Positions 36,591 through 49,696 of a DNA stretch of 64,000 bases are shown piece by piece. This DNA comes from Candidatus Marisimplicoccus framensis (GTDB lineage Bacteria > Bacteroidota > Bacteroidia > Flavobacteriales > Flavobacteriaceae). The stretch is taken from NCBI GenBank assembly GCA_905182065.1, contig CAJIZN010000002.1, forward strand, positions 7,175 through 71,174, written 5' to 3'. The position numbers and the translations under genes were made by a program. The notes beneath the pieces are model-generated. The model was given only the letters and a program-made list of their open reading frames with translations. It was not told the DNA's origin and did no database searches. Position 1 is the first letter of the stretch, and every line of letters begins with the position of its first letter.

Positions 36591-37817
36591 CTATCTACAG
36601 GCTTTAAGAGATAAATCTATTGAACCTTTTTTACTTTCAACTATTAATTTTACATGTTCTATAGCATCTTCAATTACTTCATGAATATCTATTTGTTCCA
36701 TATCAAAAGGATTTGAACTTTTCTCGAGCTGTGATATTCTTAGTATATTTTCAACTTGAGATAACATTCTAGAGTTCTCTTCTCTAATCATTCCAAGATA
36801 AGATATAGACTTATCATTTAAATTTTTTGTGGAACTCGAAATTGCATCTAATGCTAAATTTATTGTAGCAATAGGAGTCTTAAATTCATGTGATATATTA
36901 TTTATAAAATCATTTTTAATCTCAGATAACTTTTTTTGTTGAATTATTTGGTAAAGTGCGCTGGTTGCAATAACAACAACAATTAAAGTAAGCATAAAAG
37001 ACAAGGTAGCTACTCCAATAATACTTGAAAGAACATATTGTTGTTTATCTGGAAAGGAAACAATTAAATTATATGAAACAGAACTTGATTCATCATTTAA
37101 AAATGGAATAGAGTATTTAGGACCAGATTGAACTTCCATATAATTATTTGATTTAACCTTGGTAGACAATCCATTACTATAAATGCCAAACTCATATGGA
37201 GTAATAATATTCCTATCATTAAAACCATTATTTAAAAGGATCTGTATTTCACGAGAAGTAGTTCTTTTATGGATAGGAAGAGATGAAGCATATTCTTGAA
37301 AAGCTGACTTATATTTTTCAAATTTAAACAAGTCAATATCTTCAACACTCTTTAATTTAGAGATAGATGCATTTAATCTATTCTCCCTTCTATCAAAGAT
37401 GTTTTTATTTACTATAGTTGTTTTTACAGCCTTGTAATCTTTAATATCATCATCATATCTATTTGACAAATTATCAGGTAGATTTATATTGTAATCTTCT
37501 TCAAGAATTCCATAAGCAAAAAAAGTTGATAAATTGGAAGATTGATCTTCATCTAGAAATAAAAAAACATCTGTAAAATTAGACTCATCTGGTGTTCCAA
37601 TTGAGTCAATTAACATTTGGTAAGTAAATACATAATCATTCAGTTCTCTGCTTTGAATTTCATCCACAACTTCACGAAGTGTCCTTTTCACAGCTAGTGA
37701 AAACTCTTCTTCTTTGTTTTGCCAAGAAGAGTAGATCCAGTAACCTTGCATTAGGATTATACCAATCAAAGAGAAAGACATTAATAGAACTAATGATGTG
37801 TATAGCTTTTTATTCAT
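36591..37817 (-). CDS. sensor histidine kinase, N-terminal fragment (two TM helices, periplasmic domain, HisKA)
   Basis: TM1 is LVLLMSFSLIGIILMQGYWIY and TM2 is IIGVATLSFMLTLIVVVIATSAL. H-box is FINNISHEFKTPIATI. Confidence 0.85.
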   Translation of the reverse strand: MNKKLYTSLVLLMSFSLIGIILMQGYWIYSSWQNKEEEFSLAVKRTLREVVDEIQSRELNDYVFTYQMLIDSIGTPDESNFTDVFLFLDEDQSSNLSTFFAYGILEEDYNINLPDNLSNRYDDDIKDYKAVKTTIVNKNIFDRRENRLNASISKLKSVEDIDLFKFEKYKSAFQEYASSLPIHKRTTSREIQILLNNGFNDRNIITPYEFGIYSNGLSTKVKSNNYMEVQSGPKYSIPFLNDESSSVSYNLIVSFPDKQQYVLSSIIGVATLSFMLTLIVVVIATSALYQIIQQKKLSEIKNDFINNISHEFKTPIATINLALDAISSSTKNLNDKSISYLGMIREENSRMLSQVENILRISQLEKSSNPFDMEQIDIHEVIEDAIEHVKLIVESKKGSIDLSLKACR

Positions 37818-37877
37818 TTATATAAAATTCTCAATTTTAAAATTAAAATTTCTTAATGAAATGTTAATATGTACGGA

Positions 37878-38456
37878 TTAGATTGATAACTCTTGGTGTA
37901 TACCTAAAACTTTTTCATTTAAATCTTCTTCATTATAATTATCAATTATATAATCACATTTATCAATTATAGATGATTCATCCAATTGATTATCTATTCT
38001 TTTCATAACTTCTTTTTTAGAAACTTTATCTCTATTCATTACCCTTTCAATTCTAGTTTCTAATGGAGCTCTTACTAAAATTATTTTATTGTAGTTGTTC
38101 TCTGACTTTGTCTCAAATATTATTGCAGCTTCTTTAATTATATAATGGTCATTATTCATTTCCAGAAAATATTTGAAGTCTGATGCTACTGCTGGATGAA
38201 TAATTGAGTTAAGAATTTGAAGTTTATCTGGATTATCAAAAACAATGCTAGATAACTTTTTAGAATCTAGAATATTATTTTTATAGATATTATTTCCAAA
38301 AGAGTCCTTTATTAGATTTATCAATAATTTATCAGAATTAACCAATTTTTTTGCAGATAAATCAGCACTAAAAGTTTTTACTCCATGACTTTTAAAAAGA
38401 TTCAAGACAGTAGATTTACCAGATCCAATACCCCCGGTCAATCCAACAATTTTCAT
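37878..38456 (-). CDS. coaE: dephospho-CoA kinase
   Basis: P-loop GLTGGIGSGKST. 192 aa. Confidence 0.9.
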   Translation of the reverse strand: MKIVGLTGGIGSGKSTVLNLFKSHGVKTFSADLSAKKLVNSDKLLINLIKDSFGNNIYKNNILDSKKLSSIVFDNPDKLQILNSIIHPAVASDFKYFLEMNNDHYIIKEAAIIFETKSENNYNKIILVRAPLETRIERVMNRDKVSKKEVMKRIDNQLDESSIIDKCDYIIDNYNEEDLNEKVLGIHQELSI

Positions 38457-39268
38457 TTTAAATTTAATTTATCAATAATTTCTTGACTAACTCCAACATT
38501 TGAAAATCCTCCATCATTAAATATGTTTTGAAGTGTTACTCTCTTTGTGTAATCCGAGAATAAAGATACAGTTAGACCTGCACAATCATCTGCTGTTGCA
38601 TTCCCAAGAGGTGAAGTCAATTCAGCATAATTTAAAAAATCATCAAGCCCTTTCACTCCTTTACCTGCAGTAGTTAGTGTTGGAGATTGAGAAATAGTAT
38701 TAACTCTTACATTTTTTTCTTTACCAAGAATATATCCAAAACTTCTAGCGATTGACTCTAAGTATGCTTTATTGTCAGCCATATCATTGTAATTTGGAAA
38801 AGTTCTTTGAGCTGCAATATATGTTAAAGCTACAATACTCCCCCACTCATTCATAGCATCTAATTTAAAAAGAGATTGCATTAATTTATGAAAAGAAACA
38901 GCAGAGACATCCCAACCTTTGGTAAGCCAGTCATAGTTTAAGTCAGTATAGTGTCTCCCTTTTCTTACATTCACAGACATACCAATAGAATGAAGAATAA
39001 AATCAAGCTTACCCCCAAATTTAGTTGTAGCTACATTAATTAAGTTTTCAAGATCATCAATCTTAGTTGCATCTGCAGGAATAATTTCTGAATTAGTTTT
39101 TTTACCTAGTTCATTAATTGAGCCCATTCTAATTGAGACTGGAGCATTTGTTAAAATAAACTCTCCACCTTCTTCATGAATTTTTTCTGCTGTTTTCCAT
39201 GCAATAGAGCTATCATCTAATGCACCAAATATTATACCTTTCTTGCCTTTTAAAATATTATTTCCCAT
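38453..39268 (-). CDS. fabI: enoyl-[acyl-carrier-protein] reductase (NADH)
   Basis: GKKGIIFGALDDSSIAW... is the SDR-like FabI N-terminus, with Y-x6-K region YNDMADNKAYLES. 271 aa. Confidence 0.88.
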   Translation of the reverse strand: MGNNILKGKKGIIFGALDDSSIAWKTAEKIHEEGGEFILTNAPVSIRMGSINELGKKTNSEIIPADATKIDDLENLINVATTKFGGKLDFILHSIGMSVNVRKGRHYTDLNYDWLTKGWDVSAVSFHKLMQSLFKLDAMNEWGSIVALTYIAAQRTFPNYNDMADNKAYLESIARSFGYILGKEKNVRVNTISQSPTLTTAGKGVKGLDDFLNYAELTSPLGNATADDCAGLTVSLFSDYTKRVTLQNIFNDGGFSNVGVSQEIIDKLNLK

Positions 39269-39285
39269 CGTATCGTAAATATAGT

Positions 39286-40938
39286 TTAATTCAATAATTC
39301 GTTAGCTAGTTCATTTGCAGATTTATTTGACTTATCTCCTGATAACATTTCTGCTATCTCGTTAACTCTTTCTTTATCTGAAAGTAACTTCACATCAGTT
39401 ATAATTTTATTATTTTCCTCTTTTTTGTAAACTTTATAATGAAAATCACCTTTAGATGCTACTTGAGCAGTATGTGTAATAACAATTACTTGCATTTTAT
39501 CAGACATATACTTCATTAACTCTGCTACTTTAGATGAGACAGAACCTGAAATACCTGTGTCAATTTCATCAAAAATTATAGAAGATAATTTTGTGAAATT
39601 TGATAAAATAGATTTAATGGAAAGCATTACTCTAGAAATTTCACCTCCAGATGCAATTTCTTTTAATTCACTGTAATGATTTCCTTTAACAGATCTGAAT
39701 AAGAATTTACCTTCACTGATTCCATTCTTTTGAATTGTTTCACTTTCAGATAAGTCAATTTTAATGTCAGATTTTTCCATTCCTAATTCTGATAAATTTT
39801 TATTCATCAGAATTTCAAATTCAGGGATTATTGATTTTCTTTTATCATGAATTTTATTTGCCATAAAAAGAAGATCTGTATTCAGTAATTTCATCTTAGC
39901 CTCAAGTTGTTCAATTTCCAAATCTATATTATCATGGTTAGATATTTTATTGGCTAAATCTTCTCTTATTTTTAACAAACTATCAATTGAATCAACTTTA
40001 TGCTTATTTTGAAGTGAGTATATCTTATCTAGTTTATCTCTTAATTTATTTATATTTTCATCTGAATTAGAAATATCTTCAAGAATTGACTCAGAATCAT
40101 TAACTATCTGATTTATGTTTTCATTAACTAAATTAAGATTCTCAGTTAAGTGACTAAGTCGACTTGAGGTATTTGCAACTTTACTTAAACTCTTTATTAT
40201 TTGAGATAGTTTATCTGAAATACCTATCTCATCTGTGTTAAACTCATTATTTATATGTGATAATATTTCTTTTATTTGGTCAATATTATCTCCCTCTTTA
40301 ACCTTATTGTCAAGATCTTCAACATTAAGATTATCAAAATTTAACTCATCAAATTCATTCAATAAGAATTTATTATAATCTAAATCTGAATTTAACTTAT
40401 CTCTAATTATTTTTTTGTCATATATTTTTCTTTCAATCACTTTCAATGATTTAAATTGATTTAAATAAGTACTGTATTCATCGTGATTATTTGAAAGTGA
40501 ATCTAGAATTAGAAAAATAAAGTTTGAATCAAGAATACTAAGATTATTAAATTGTGAATGAACATCAATTAATTTATTTGTTAGACTTGACAAGAGATCA
40601 AGTTTTACTGGAGTATCATTAATAAAGGCTCTTGACTTTCCACTTTCATTAACCTCCCTCCTTATAATAGTTATGTCTTCATAATCTAGATCATTTGTTT
40701 TAAAGAATTCTTCAAGGTTTTGATCACCAAGATCAAATTCAGACTCAACAAAACATTTTTTATTCTTATTAATAATTTTTGAATTATCTATTCTGGATCC
40801 TAAAACCATAGATAGTCCTCCTAAGATTATTGATTTACCAGCACCAGTTTCACCTGTAATAGAAGTCATACCCTTATCAAAAGATATTTCAATAGAGTCT
40901 ATCAAAGCATAGTTGTTAATCTTAAGCCTCTTTAACAT
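39286..40938 (-). CDS. recN: DNA repair protein RecN
   Basis: MLKRLKINNYALID, Walker A GETGAGKSI, long coiled coil, C-terminal signature and Walker B (ASGGEISRVMLS...IFDEIDTGISG). Confidence 0.93.
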   Translation of the reverse strand: MLKRLKINNYALIDSIEISFDKGMTSITGETGAGKSIILGGLSMVLGSRIDNSKIINKNKKCFVESEFDLGDQNLEEFFKTNDLDYEDITIIRREVNESGKSRAFINDTPVKLDLLSSLTNKLIDVHSQFNNLSILDSNFIFLILDSLSNNHDEYSTYLNQFKSLKVIERKIYDKKIIRDKLNSDLDYNKFLLNEFDELNFDNLNVEDLDNKVKEGDNIDQIKEILSHINNEFNTDEIGISDKLSQIIKSLSKVANTSSRLSHLTENLNLVNENINQIVNDSESILEDISNSDENINKLRDKLDKIYSLQNKHKVDSIDSLLKIREDLANKISNHDNIDLEIEQLEAKMKLLNTDLLFMANKIHDKRKSIIPEFEILMNKNLSELGMEKSDIKIDLSESETIQKNGISEGKFLFRSVKGNHYSELKEIASGGEISRVMLSIKSILSNFTKLSSIIFDEIDTGISGSVSSKVAELMKYMSDKMQVIVITHTAQVASKGDFHYKVYKKEENNKIITDVKLLSDKERVNEIAEMLSGDKSNKSANELANELLN

Positions 40939-41203
40939 TCTTAATTATCTGGTTTAAAATATCACTTGAAACATCTATTTTTAATTTTTTTTCAAATGAC
41001 GTTATTTCTAAATCTGAATTTATAAAATCAATTTGATTATAATCACTTGAAATAGGATTAAAATCATCAATTTTATTAACCACTATCGCATCAAGGTTTT
41101 TAGATTTTAATTTATTTTTTGCATTCTTGATAAAATTATCCGTTTCAAGCGCAAAACCAACAAGGAACTGAGAGGTTTTAATTTTACCTAGTTCTAGAAT
41201 ATA
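40922..41203 (-). CDS. coaBC: CoaBC, C-terminal fragment
   Basis: Frame is open after TGA at 41206-41204: YILELGKIKTSQFLVGFALETDNFIKNAKNKLKSKNLDAIVVNK... Ends at 40922, overlapping the recN start by 17 nt. Confidence 0.8.
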   Translation of the reverse strand, partial: YILELGKIKTSQFLVGFALETDNFIKNAKNKLKSKNLDAIVVNKIDDFNPISSDYNQIDFINSDLEITSFEKKLKIDVSSDILNQIIKNVKEA

Positions 41204-42132
41204 TCAGTAGTAGGTTCTAATTTAATAGACTCTAATCCTTTCTCTTTTTTAATTTTATTCTGAACTACTTCAACTGGTTTAAAATCTGATATAGCTGCTG
41301 AACAGATAATAACATCTGAATTGTCAAAATATTTGATTGTTTCATTAAACATTTCCTCTGAATCTTGAACTCTAATTGATTCAATATTAGAAAGATCCAT
41401 AGATAGATTGGTTGGACCTATAACCAATGTAACATTAGCGCCTAGTTCATTTGCTTTTTTTGCCAAAGAATAACCCATTTTACCAGATGAACTATTACCA
41501 ATATATCTTACTGGATCAATTTTTTCATGAGTAGGTCCTGCTGTAATTAAAAAGTTTAAGTTATTTAGAGGTAAGGTCTTTCTAATTTTATTTTCAACAT
41601 ATTCAACTATTTCAATAGGCTCTAGCATTCTTCCCTCTCCTTCTAATCCACTTGCAAGTGATCCAGATCCAACTGGAAGAACATCTGTTAAATTAGTTTT
41701 TAACTTCTTTATATTACTTTGATTGAGACTGTTTCTATACATTTCAAGATCCATTGCAGGGACAACAAAAACTGGACAATTAGATGATAGAAAACAAGCT
41801 AGTAGTAGGTTATCACATCTAGCATTAGCCATAGATGAGATTGTATTAGAGGTTGCAGGAGCTATAATAAAAATATCAGCCCATTCAGCAAGTTCTACAT
41901 GGTTATTCCAAGATGGATTATTATTTTTTTGTGAAGTAAATTCTGAAAAAACGTCATTATTAGAAACTGTTGATAAGGTTAATGGAGTAACAAACTCTTT
42001 TGAAGAAGGAGTCATCACTACCTTAACTTTACAATCAAGTTTAATAAGTTGTCTTATTAATAAAGGTATTTTATATGCAGCAATACCCCCTGAAACTCCT
42101 AATAAAATATTTTTCTGAGCTAAAACACTCAT
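41194..42132 (-). CDS. coaBC: bifunctional phosphopantothenoylcysteine decarboxylase / phosphopantothenate-cysteine ligase, N-terminal fragment (frame break about 41195-41208)
   Basis: ILLGVSGGIAAYK flavoprotein motif, PAMDLEMY, ITAGPTHEKIDPVRYIGNSSSGKMG (CoaB). Confidence 0.9.
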   Translation of the reverse strand: MSVLAQKNILLGVSGGIAAYKIPLLIRQLIKLDCKVKVVMTPSSKEFVTPLTLSTVSNNDVFSEFTSQKNNNPSWNNHVELAEWADIFIIAPATSNTISSMANARCDNLLLACFLSSNCPVFVVPAMDLEMYRNSLNQSNIKKLKTNLTDVLPVGSGSLASGLEGEGRMLEPIEIVEYVENKIRKTLPLNNLNFLITAGPTHEKIDPVRYIGNSSSGKMGYSLAKKANELGANVTLVIGPTNLSMDLSNIESIRVQDSEEMFNETIKYFDNSDVIICSAAISDFKPVEVVQNKIKKEKGLESIKLEPTTDIF

Positions 42133-42143
42133 ATAATTGGTGT

Positions 42144-42476
42144 TTATTGCTCACTTTCAGATTCAGGATCTCTAAAGTAAATCTTATTATCTAACCATTC
42201 TTGAACAGCAATAGCATATGGCTTAGGAAGTTTTTCATAAAATCTAGAAACCTCAATTTGTTCCTTATTCTCAAATATCTCTTCTAAGCTGTCATTATGA
42301 GTAGCAAATTCATCAAGTTTATCATGAAGTTCTTTCTTGATTTCAGAATTGATTTGACTTGATCTTTTAGCTATTATTGAGATTGCCTCATATATATTAT
42401 TAGTAGGATCCTCAATCTCATGCTTATTATAAGTTTTTGTTGAGCTCGCTGCGTTAGTATTTCTGTATTTATTCAT
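42144..42476 (-). CDS. rpoZ: probable DNA-directed RNA polymerase subunit omega (Bacteroidetes type)
   Basis: 110 aa with NIYEAISIIAKRSSQIN, an omega-like helix. The position between bamD and coaBC is as I recall for Flavobacteriia. Assignment rests on memory, not a search. Confidence 0.6.
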   Translation of the reverse strand: MNKYRNTNAASSTKTYNKHEIEDPTNNIYEAISIIAKRSSQINSEIKKELHDKLDEFATHNDSLEEIFENKEQIEVSRFYEKLPKPYAIAVQEWLDNKIYFRDPESESEQ

Positions 42477-42484
42477 TAGTTTAT

Positions 42485-43267
42485 TTATAAAAGTTGTTTT
42501 GCTGTATTAATTTTATCTGATAAATCTTCAATAAAAATAGTTTCAGGGTAATATCTTAAAAAGTTATTAAACGATCTTTCAAGCTCAGTAACTCTTTCAT
42601 TTATTCTAGATTCTATACTATTTATTGCAATTTGATATTGTGATAACCACCTGTAATATAATGCTTCTTCTCTAAATATTGTTCCAGGATTATCTGCTAT
42701 AAAATTATCTAAAGATTTAATAGCAGAGTTATAGTCTCTAATAGTATAGTATTGCTTAGAGACTTCAAATTCTTTTTTTTCTAATTTATTTTGTAATTCT
42801 TCCATCAATTCAAGAGCTTCAACTACATATTCACTATTAGGAAATCTATTTATAAATACTTGAAGTTTATCTATTCCTGTAAACGTATCATCTTGATCAA
42901 GAGTATAAAGTGGAGAAAGCATGAAATAAGATTTAGCTTCCATAAAGTAAGCTTCTTGAATTCTCTGACTATTAGGATATGATTTGATGAAATTTTCAAA
43001 TTGAATTGCAGCAGAATAATAGATCCTTGTCTCAAAATATGAATTAGCAAAGAAGAATACTAATCTTTCACCTTGTGGTTTGCCTCTATATGAAGGAATT
43101 ATTTGTTCTATTAAAGCATTAGCTCTTCTAAATTCTCCATTATCATAGTAACCTTCAGCAGCAGTATATTTATCAACCTCATTATCAGGACTATTTAATA
43201 GTTTTTGATAATCATTACACGAAGATGATAAAATTGAAAGCAAAAATAAGAAACAGAATCTGTGCAT
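42485..43267 (-). CDS. bamD: outer membrane protein assembly factor BamD (TPR lipoprotein)
   Basis: ATG at 43267 gives MHRFCFLFLLSILSSSC (lipobox), then TPR-like repeats. A TAAATTTG box (43293-43286, minus strand) lies 18 nt upstream of the ATG. Confidence 0.75.
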   Translation of the reverse strand: MHRFCFLFLLSILSSSCNDYQKLLNSPDNEVDKYTAAEGYYDNGEFRRANALIEQIIPSYRGKPQGERLVFFFANSYFETRIYYSAAIQFENFIKSYPNSQRIQEAYFMEAKSYFMLSPLYTLDQDDTFTGIDKLQVFINRFPNSEYVVEALELMEELQNKLEKKEFEVSKQYYTIRDYNSAIKSLDNFIADNPGTIFREEALYYRWLSQYQIAINSIESRINERVTELERSFNNFLRYYPETIFIEDLSDKINTAKQLL

Positions 43268-43301
43268 ATAATATTTAGTATTTGGCAAATTTAATACAAC
43301 T

Positions 43302-46136
<2,835 letters not shown>

Positions 46137-46140
<4 letters not shown>

Positions 46141-46616
46141 CTTAATTTTTTTAACATCCACACAGGACATGCATTATGACCTGTATTTCCAAGAGGACCA
46201 TTAATGTATTTAAATCCTTTATTTAAATATAATTTTTGAGCATTGACCATATTAGGCATTGTCTCTATATAGCATTTTTCAAATCCAGATTCTTTAGCAA
46301 AATCTAAACATATTTCTATCAACTTTTGACCAATCCCCCTTCCCCTCAGAGTTTTATGAAAATACATTTTCTGAAGTTCACAAATATTAACATCTCCATC
46401 TCTTAGTGGACTTATACCTGCACCACCTAATATTTTTTTATCCTCTTCAACTACAAAATACTTTGATCTCGGGAATTGATATGCTTCATACATATTATCT
46501 AATTCTGGATCTTCATATGCAGAACCCTTTTGAGGAATTTCCATTTCAACTAGTACTTCTCTAAGAATAACTGATAAAGATTTATTATCAGGTTGATTAA
46601 TTGATCTTATCAACAT
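46137..46616 (-). CDS. GNAT family N-acetyltransferase
   Basis: Acetyl-CoA motif A: LRGRGIGQKLIEICLDFAKESGF. 159 aa. Confidence 0.8.
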
Positions 46617-46664
46617 TATTTAGGTTTTTGCCTTAAATTTACAATTCTAATTTTATTAGTAATC

Positions 46665-47687
46665 ATGGAGGATAATTTAATATATATGAAAAGGTGTATA
46701 GAGCTTGCATCAAAAGAAATAGGGAATACTTATCCTAACCCACTTGTAGGGTGTGTAATAGTTTATGAAAATAAAATTATAGGAGAAGGATCCCATCAAG
46801 CTTATGGTGATAAACATGCTGAGGTTAACGCAATAAATAGTGTTAATGATAAAAATCTTTTAAAAGATTCTACACTATATGTCAATCTAGAACCATGTAA
46901 TCACTATGGAAAAACACCACCCTGTACAGATATAATTCTTAAATATAAAATTAAAAATGTAGTGATTGGATCAAGTGATCCAAACAGAATGGTTGAAGGG
47001 GGAGGAATTAAAAGACTAGAGGCGAACGGGTGTAATGTTACATATGGGGTGCTAGAGAATGAATGTAATCATCTAAATAAAAGATTTTTAACCTATCATA
47101 AACAAAAAAGACCATATGTAATTTTAAAATGGGCAGAGTCAAATGATGGTTTTATAAGCCCAATTAAAAGTGAAAGAGAAGTTTATTGGATTTCCGGAGA
47201 TAAATCTAAAAAATTATCTCACAGGTGGAGAAGTGAAGAACATTCTATTTTAGTTGGTGTACAGACAATTATTGATGATGACCCAATGCTTACAACAAGA
47301 CTTGTTGATGGTAAAAATCCAATTAGAATTATATTAGATCCTAATTGTAGAATTCCTGTAAACTCTAAAGTTTTCTCAAAAGATTCAAAGACAATAATAT
47401 TGTCTAAAACTAAGAATAACTCAATCGAGAAAAATATAAGAATTATAAATTATGATAAAATGGAATTTATTTTAAGATCATTATATGATTTAAAACTTCA
47501 ATCTGTAATAATTGAGGGAGGTGCTAAAACAATTAAAAACTTCCTTGATCATGATTCTTGGGATTCCATAAGAATATTTAAGTCAAATCAAAACTTGAAA
47601 AATGGGATTAAAAGTCCCAAAATAGATATTTCTGAATTCGAAAAGACTATAATAGGAGATGACACCTTATATGAATTTGAAAGATAA
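46665..47687 (+). CDS. ribD: bifunctional riboflavin biosynthesis deaminase / reductase
   Basis: CMP/dCMP deaminase zinc motifs (HAEVNAI; PCNHYGKTPPC) followed by the RibD_C reductase domain. Confidence 0.92.
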   Translation: MEDNLIYMKRCIELASKEIGNTYPNPLVGCVIVYENKIIGEGSHQAYGDKHAEVNAINSVNDKNLLKDSTLYVNLEPCNHYGKTPPCTDIILKYKIKNVVIGSSDPNRMVEGGGIKRLEANGCNVTYGVLENECNHLNKRFLTYHKQKRPYVILKWAESNDGFISPIKSEREVYWISGDKSKKLSHRWRSEEHSILVGVQTIIDDDPMLTTRLVDGKNPIRIILDPNCRIPVNSKVFSKDSKTIILSKTKNNSIEKNIRIINYDKMEFILRSLYDLKLQSVIIEGGAKTIKNFLDHDSWDSIRIFKSNQNLKNGIKSPKIDISEFEKTIIGDDTLYEFER

Positions 47688-47691
47688 AAAT

Positions 47692-48084
47692 CTAAAATAG
47701 TTCACTAATTATTTTTGGGCATCTCAATGGTTTTCTTGTTAAAGAATCTAGAAATGCAAGGGTTGTTACACCTTCTGTAGTTTTATCATGATTCGCATTA
47801 AATATTTCATAACTAAACTCAATAGTGGATGTTGGTTTTTTTGAACAAAAAACTTTGATAAAGAAGTAATCTCCAAAAGCAAGTGGTTTTATGAATTTTA
47901 ACTCACATCTAACAACAGGAAGAATAATTTTATTTCTTTCAATTTCTTCATAGGGCATGTTTAATTTTTCAAGCCATTCAATTCTTGCTAATTCAAAAAA
48001 TTTCAAATAATTACTATGGTGAACTATCCCCATTTGATCTGTTTCATTATATCTAACTTTAATTTTACCTGTTATGTAGTTCAT
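47692..48084 (-). CDS. acyl-CoA thioesterase (4HBT/YbgC family)
   Basis: VRYNETDQMGIVHHSNYLKFFELAR is the hot-dog fold catalytic Asp region. 130 aa. Confidence 0.82.
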   Translation of the reverse strand: MNYITGKIKVRYNETDQMGIVHHSNYLKFFELARIEWLEKLNMPYEEIERNKIILPVVRCELKFIKPLAFGDYFFIKVFCSKKPTSTIEFSYEIFNANHDKTTEGVTTLAFLDSLTRKPLRCPKIISELF

Positions 48085-48268
48085 TTATCTCTTTTTGTGA
48101 AGGAAAGGGTATTTATTCCTACAAATTTATCACTCATGATTTTAACTAAAAAAAAATTAATAATCAATAGTAAACATTATTTTTTTTTCACTTTTTTTAA
48201 CTAATATTTGTAATCAACCAAAATCAATATTTCTTAAATATATCCAATTAATAATTAGTCAATAAAAA

Positions 48269-49696
48269 ATGAGTCAAACACCCTCTGCTGTATGGAACAA
48301 TTGTTTATCCTTTATCAAGGATAATATACAACCTCAGGCATACAAGACATGGTTTGTGCCCATAATTCCTGTTAAGGTTACCAATGATGTATTAAGTATT
48401 CAAGTTCCAAGTAAATTTTTCTATGAATGGCTTGAAGAACATTATGTGAAAATTTTACGTATTGCACTTACTAAAGAACTAGGACCAAAGGCTAGGCTTG
48501 TCTACATAATTAAGATGGAAAATACTTTTGGTAATAAAATGCCGTTTACTGAGAAAATTCCAAGTTCATCAAGTTCCAGCATAAAATCACAATCAATTGA
48601 ATCTCCATTTAGCACTTTTGCTTCTGAACTAAAAAATCCATTCGTAATACCAGGTATTAGAAATCTGCAAATTGAATCTCAACTTAATCCTAATTATACC
48701 TTTGAGAATTTTTTAGAAGGTGATTCAAATAGATTGGGTAGATCTGCAGGAATTGCAGTTTCCAATAAACCTGGAGGTACATCATTTAACCCTCTTTTAA
48801 TTTATGGAGGAGTAGGATTAGGAAAAACTCATTTAGCCCATGCAATTGGAGTTGATGTAAAACAAAAATATCCTGACAAAACTGTATTATACATTTCAGC
48901 TGAAAAATTTACTCAGCAATACGTAGACTCAGTTAAAAAGAACAATAGAAATGATTTTATTCATTTCTATCAAGTGATAGACGTCCTAATTGTTGATGAT
49001 GTTCAGTTTCTCTCAGGCAAATCAGGAACTCAAGATGTCTTCTTTCATATTTTTAATCACCTTCATCAAAATGGTAAACAAGTTATATTAACTTCTGATA
49101 AAGCTCCAATTGATATGCAAGACATAGAACAAAGACTTTTATCTAGATTTAAATGGGGATTATCTGCAGAAATACAAAACCCTAGCTTTGAAACTAGAGT
49201 TTTAATTCTAAAAAATAAACTTTATAGAGATGGTGTTGAGATTGAAGATGATGTAATAGAGTTCGTGGCTAAAAATATAAATTCTAATGTTAGAGAGTTG
49301 GAGGGTGCTATTATATCACTAATAGCTCAATCATCATTTAACAAAGCAGAAATTACTGTAGAACTTGCAAAAGAGGTTATTAATAAGTTTGTAAAGAATA
49401 ACAGAAGAGAAGTTTCTATAGATTATATCCAAAAGGTTGTGTCAGATTACTTTCAAATGGATATTCAAACCTTACAATCAAAAACCAGAAAGAGACATAT
49501 TGTCCAGGCTAGACAAATTGCTATGTACTTTGCTAAAAAATTTACTAAAGCTTCACTAGCAAGTATTGGAACTCAAATTGGAAGAAGAGATCATGCAACT
49601 GTTCTTCATGCCTGTAAGACAGTTGATAATCTTAGTTTCACTGATAAACAATTCAGGAAATATGTCGAAGATCTGAATCAAAAACTATCAAACTAA
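48269..49696 (+). CDS. dnaA: chromosomal replication initiator protein DnaA
   Basis: WNNCLSFIKDNI...Walker A GGVGLGKTHL, Walker B VDDVQFL, domain IV SIGTQIGRRDHATVLHA. 475 aa. Confidence 0.96.
   Translation: MSQTPSAVWNNCLSFIKDNIQPQAYKTWFVPIIPVKVTNDVLSIQVPSKFFYEWLEEHYVKILRIALTKELGPKARLVYIIKMENTFGNKMPFTEKIPSSSSSSIKSQSIESPFSTFASELKNPFVIPGIRNLQIESQLNPNYTFENFLEGDSNRLGRSAGIAVSNKPGGTSFNPLLIYGGVGLGKTHLAHAIGVDVKQKYPDKTVLYISAEKFTQQYVDSVKKNNRNDFIHFYQVIDVLIVDDVQFLSGKSGTQDVFFHIFNHLHQNGKQVILTSDKAPIDMQDIEQRLLSRFKWGLSAEIQNPSFETRVLILKNKLYRDGVEIEDDVIEFVAKNINSNVRELEGAIISLIAQSSFNKAEITVELAKEVINKFVKNNRREVSIDYIQKVVSDYFQMDIQTLQSKTRKRHIVQARQIAMYFAKKFTKASLASIGTQIGRRDHATVLHACKTVDNLSFTDKQFRKYVEDLNQKLSN

Noticed and set aside
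46617-46664. Riboswitches or leaders: FMN upstream of ribD, glycine upstream of gcvT at 13147-13171, and a thr leader upstream of thrA
   Set aside because: The available non-coding spaces are 48, 25 and 0 nt. All are far too short for these elements, and no conserved riboswitch core sequences are visible.
48085-48268. DnaA boxes upstream of dnaA
   Set aside because: Only weak 6-7 of 9 matches to TTATCCACA are visible by eye (e.g. ATATCCAAT, TGTGAAGGA), which is not enough to annotate boxes or an oriC. Origin proximity is argued from the strand switch instead.
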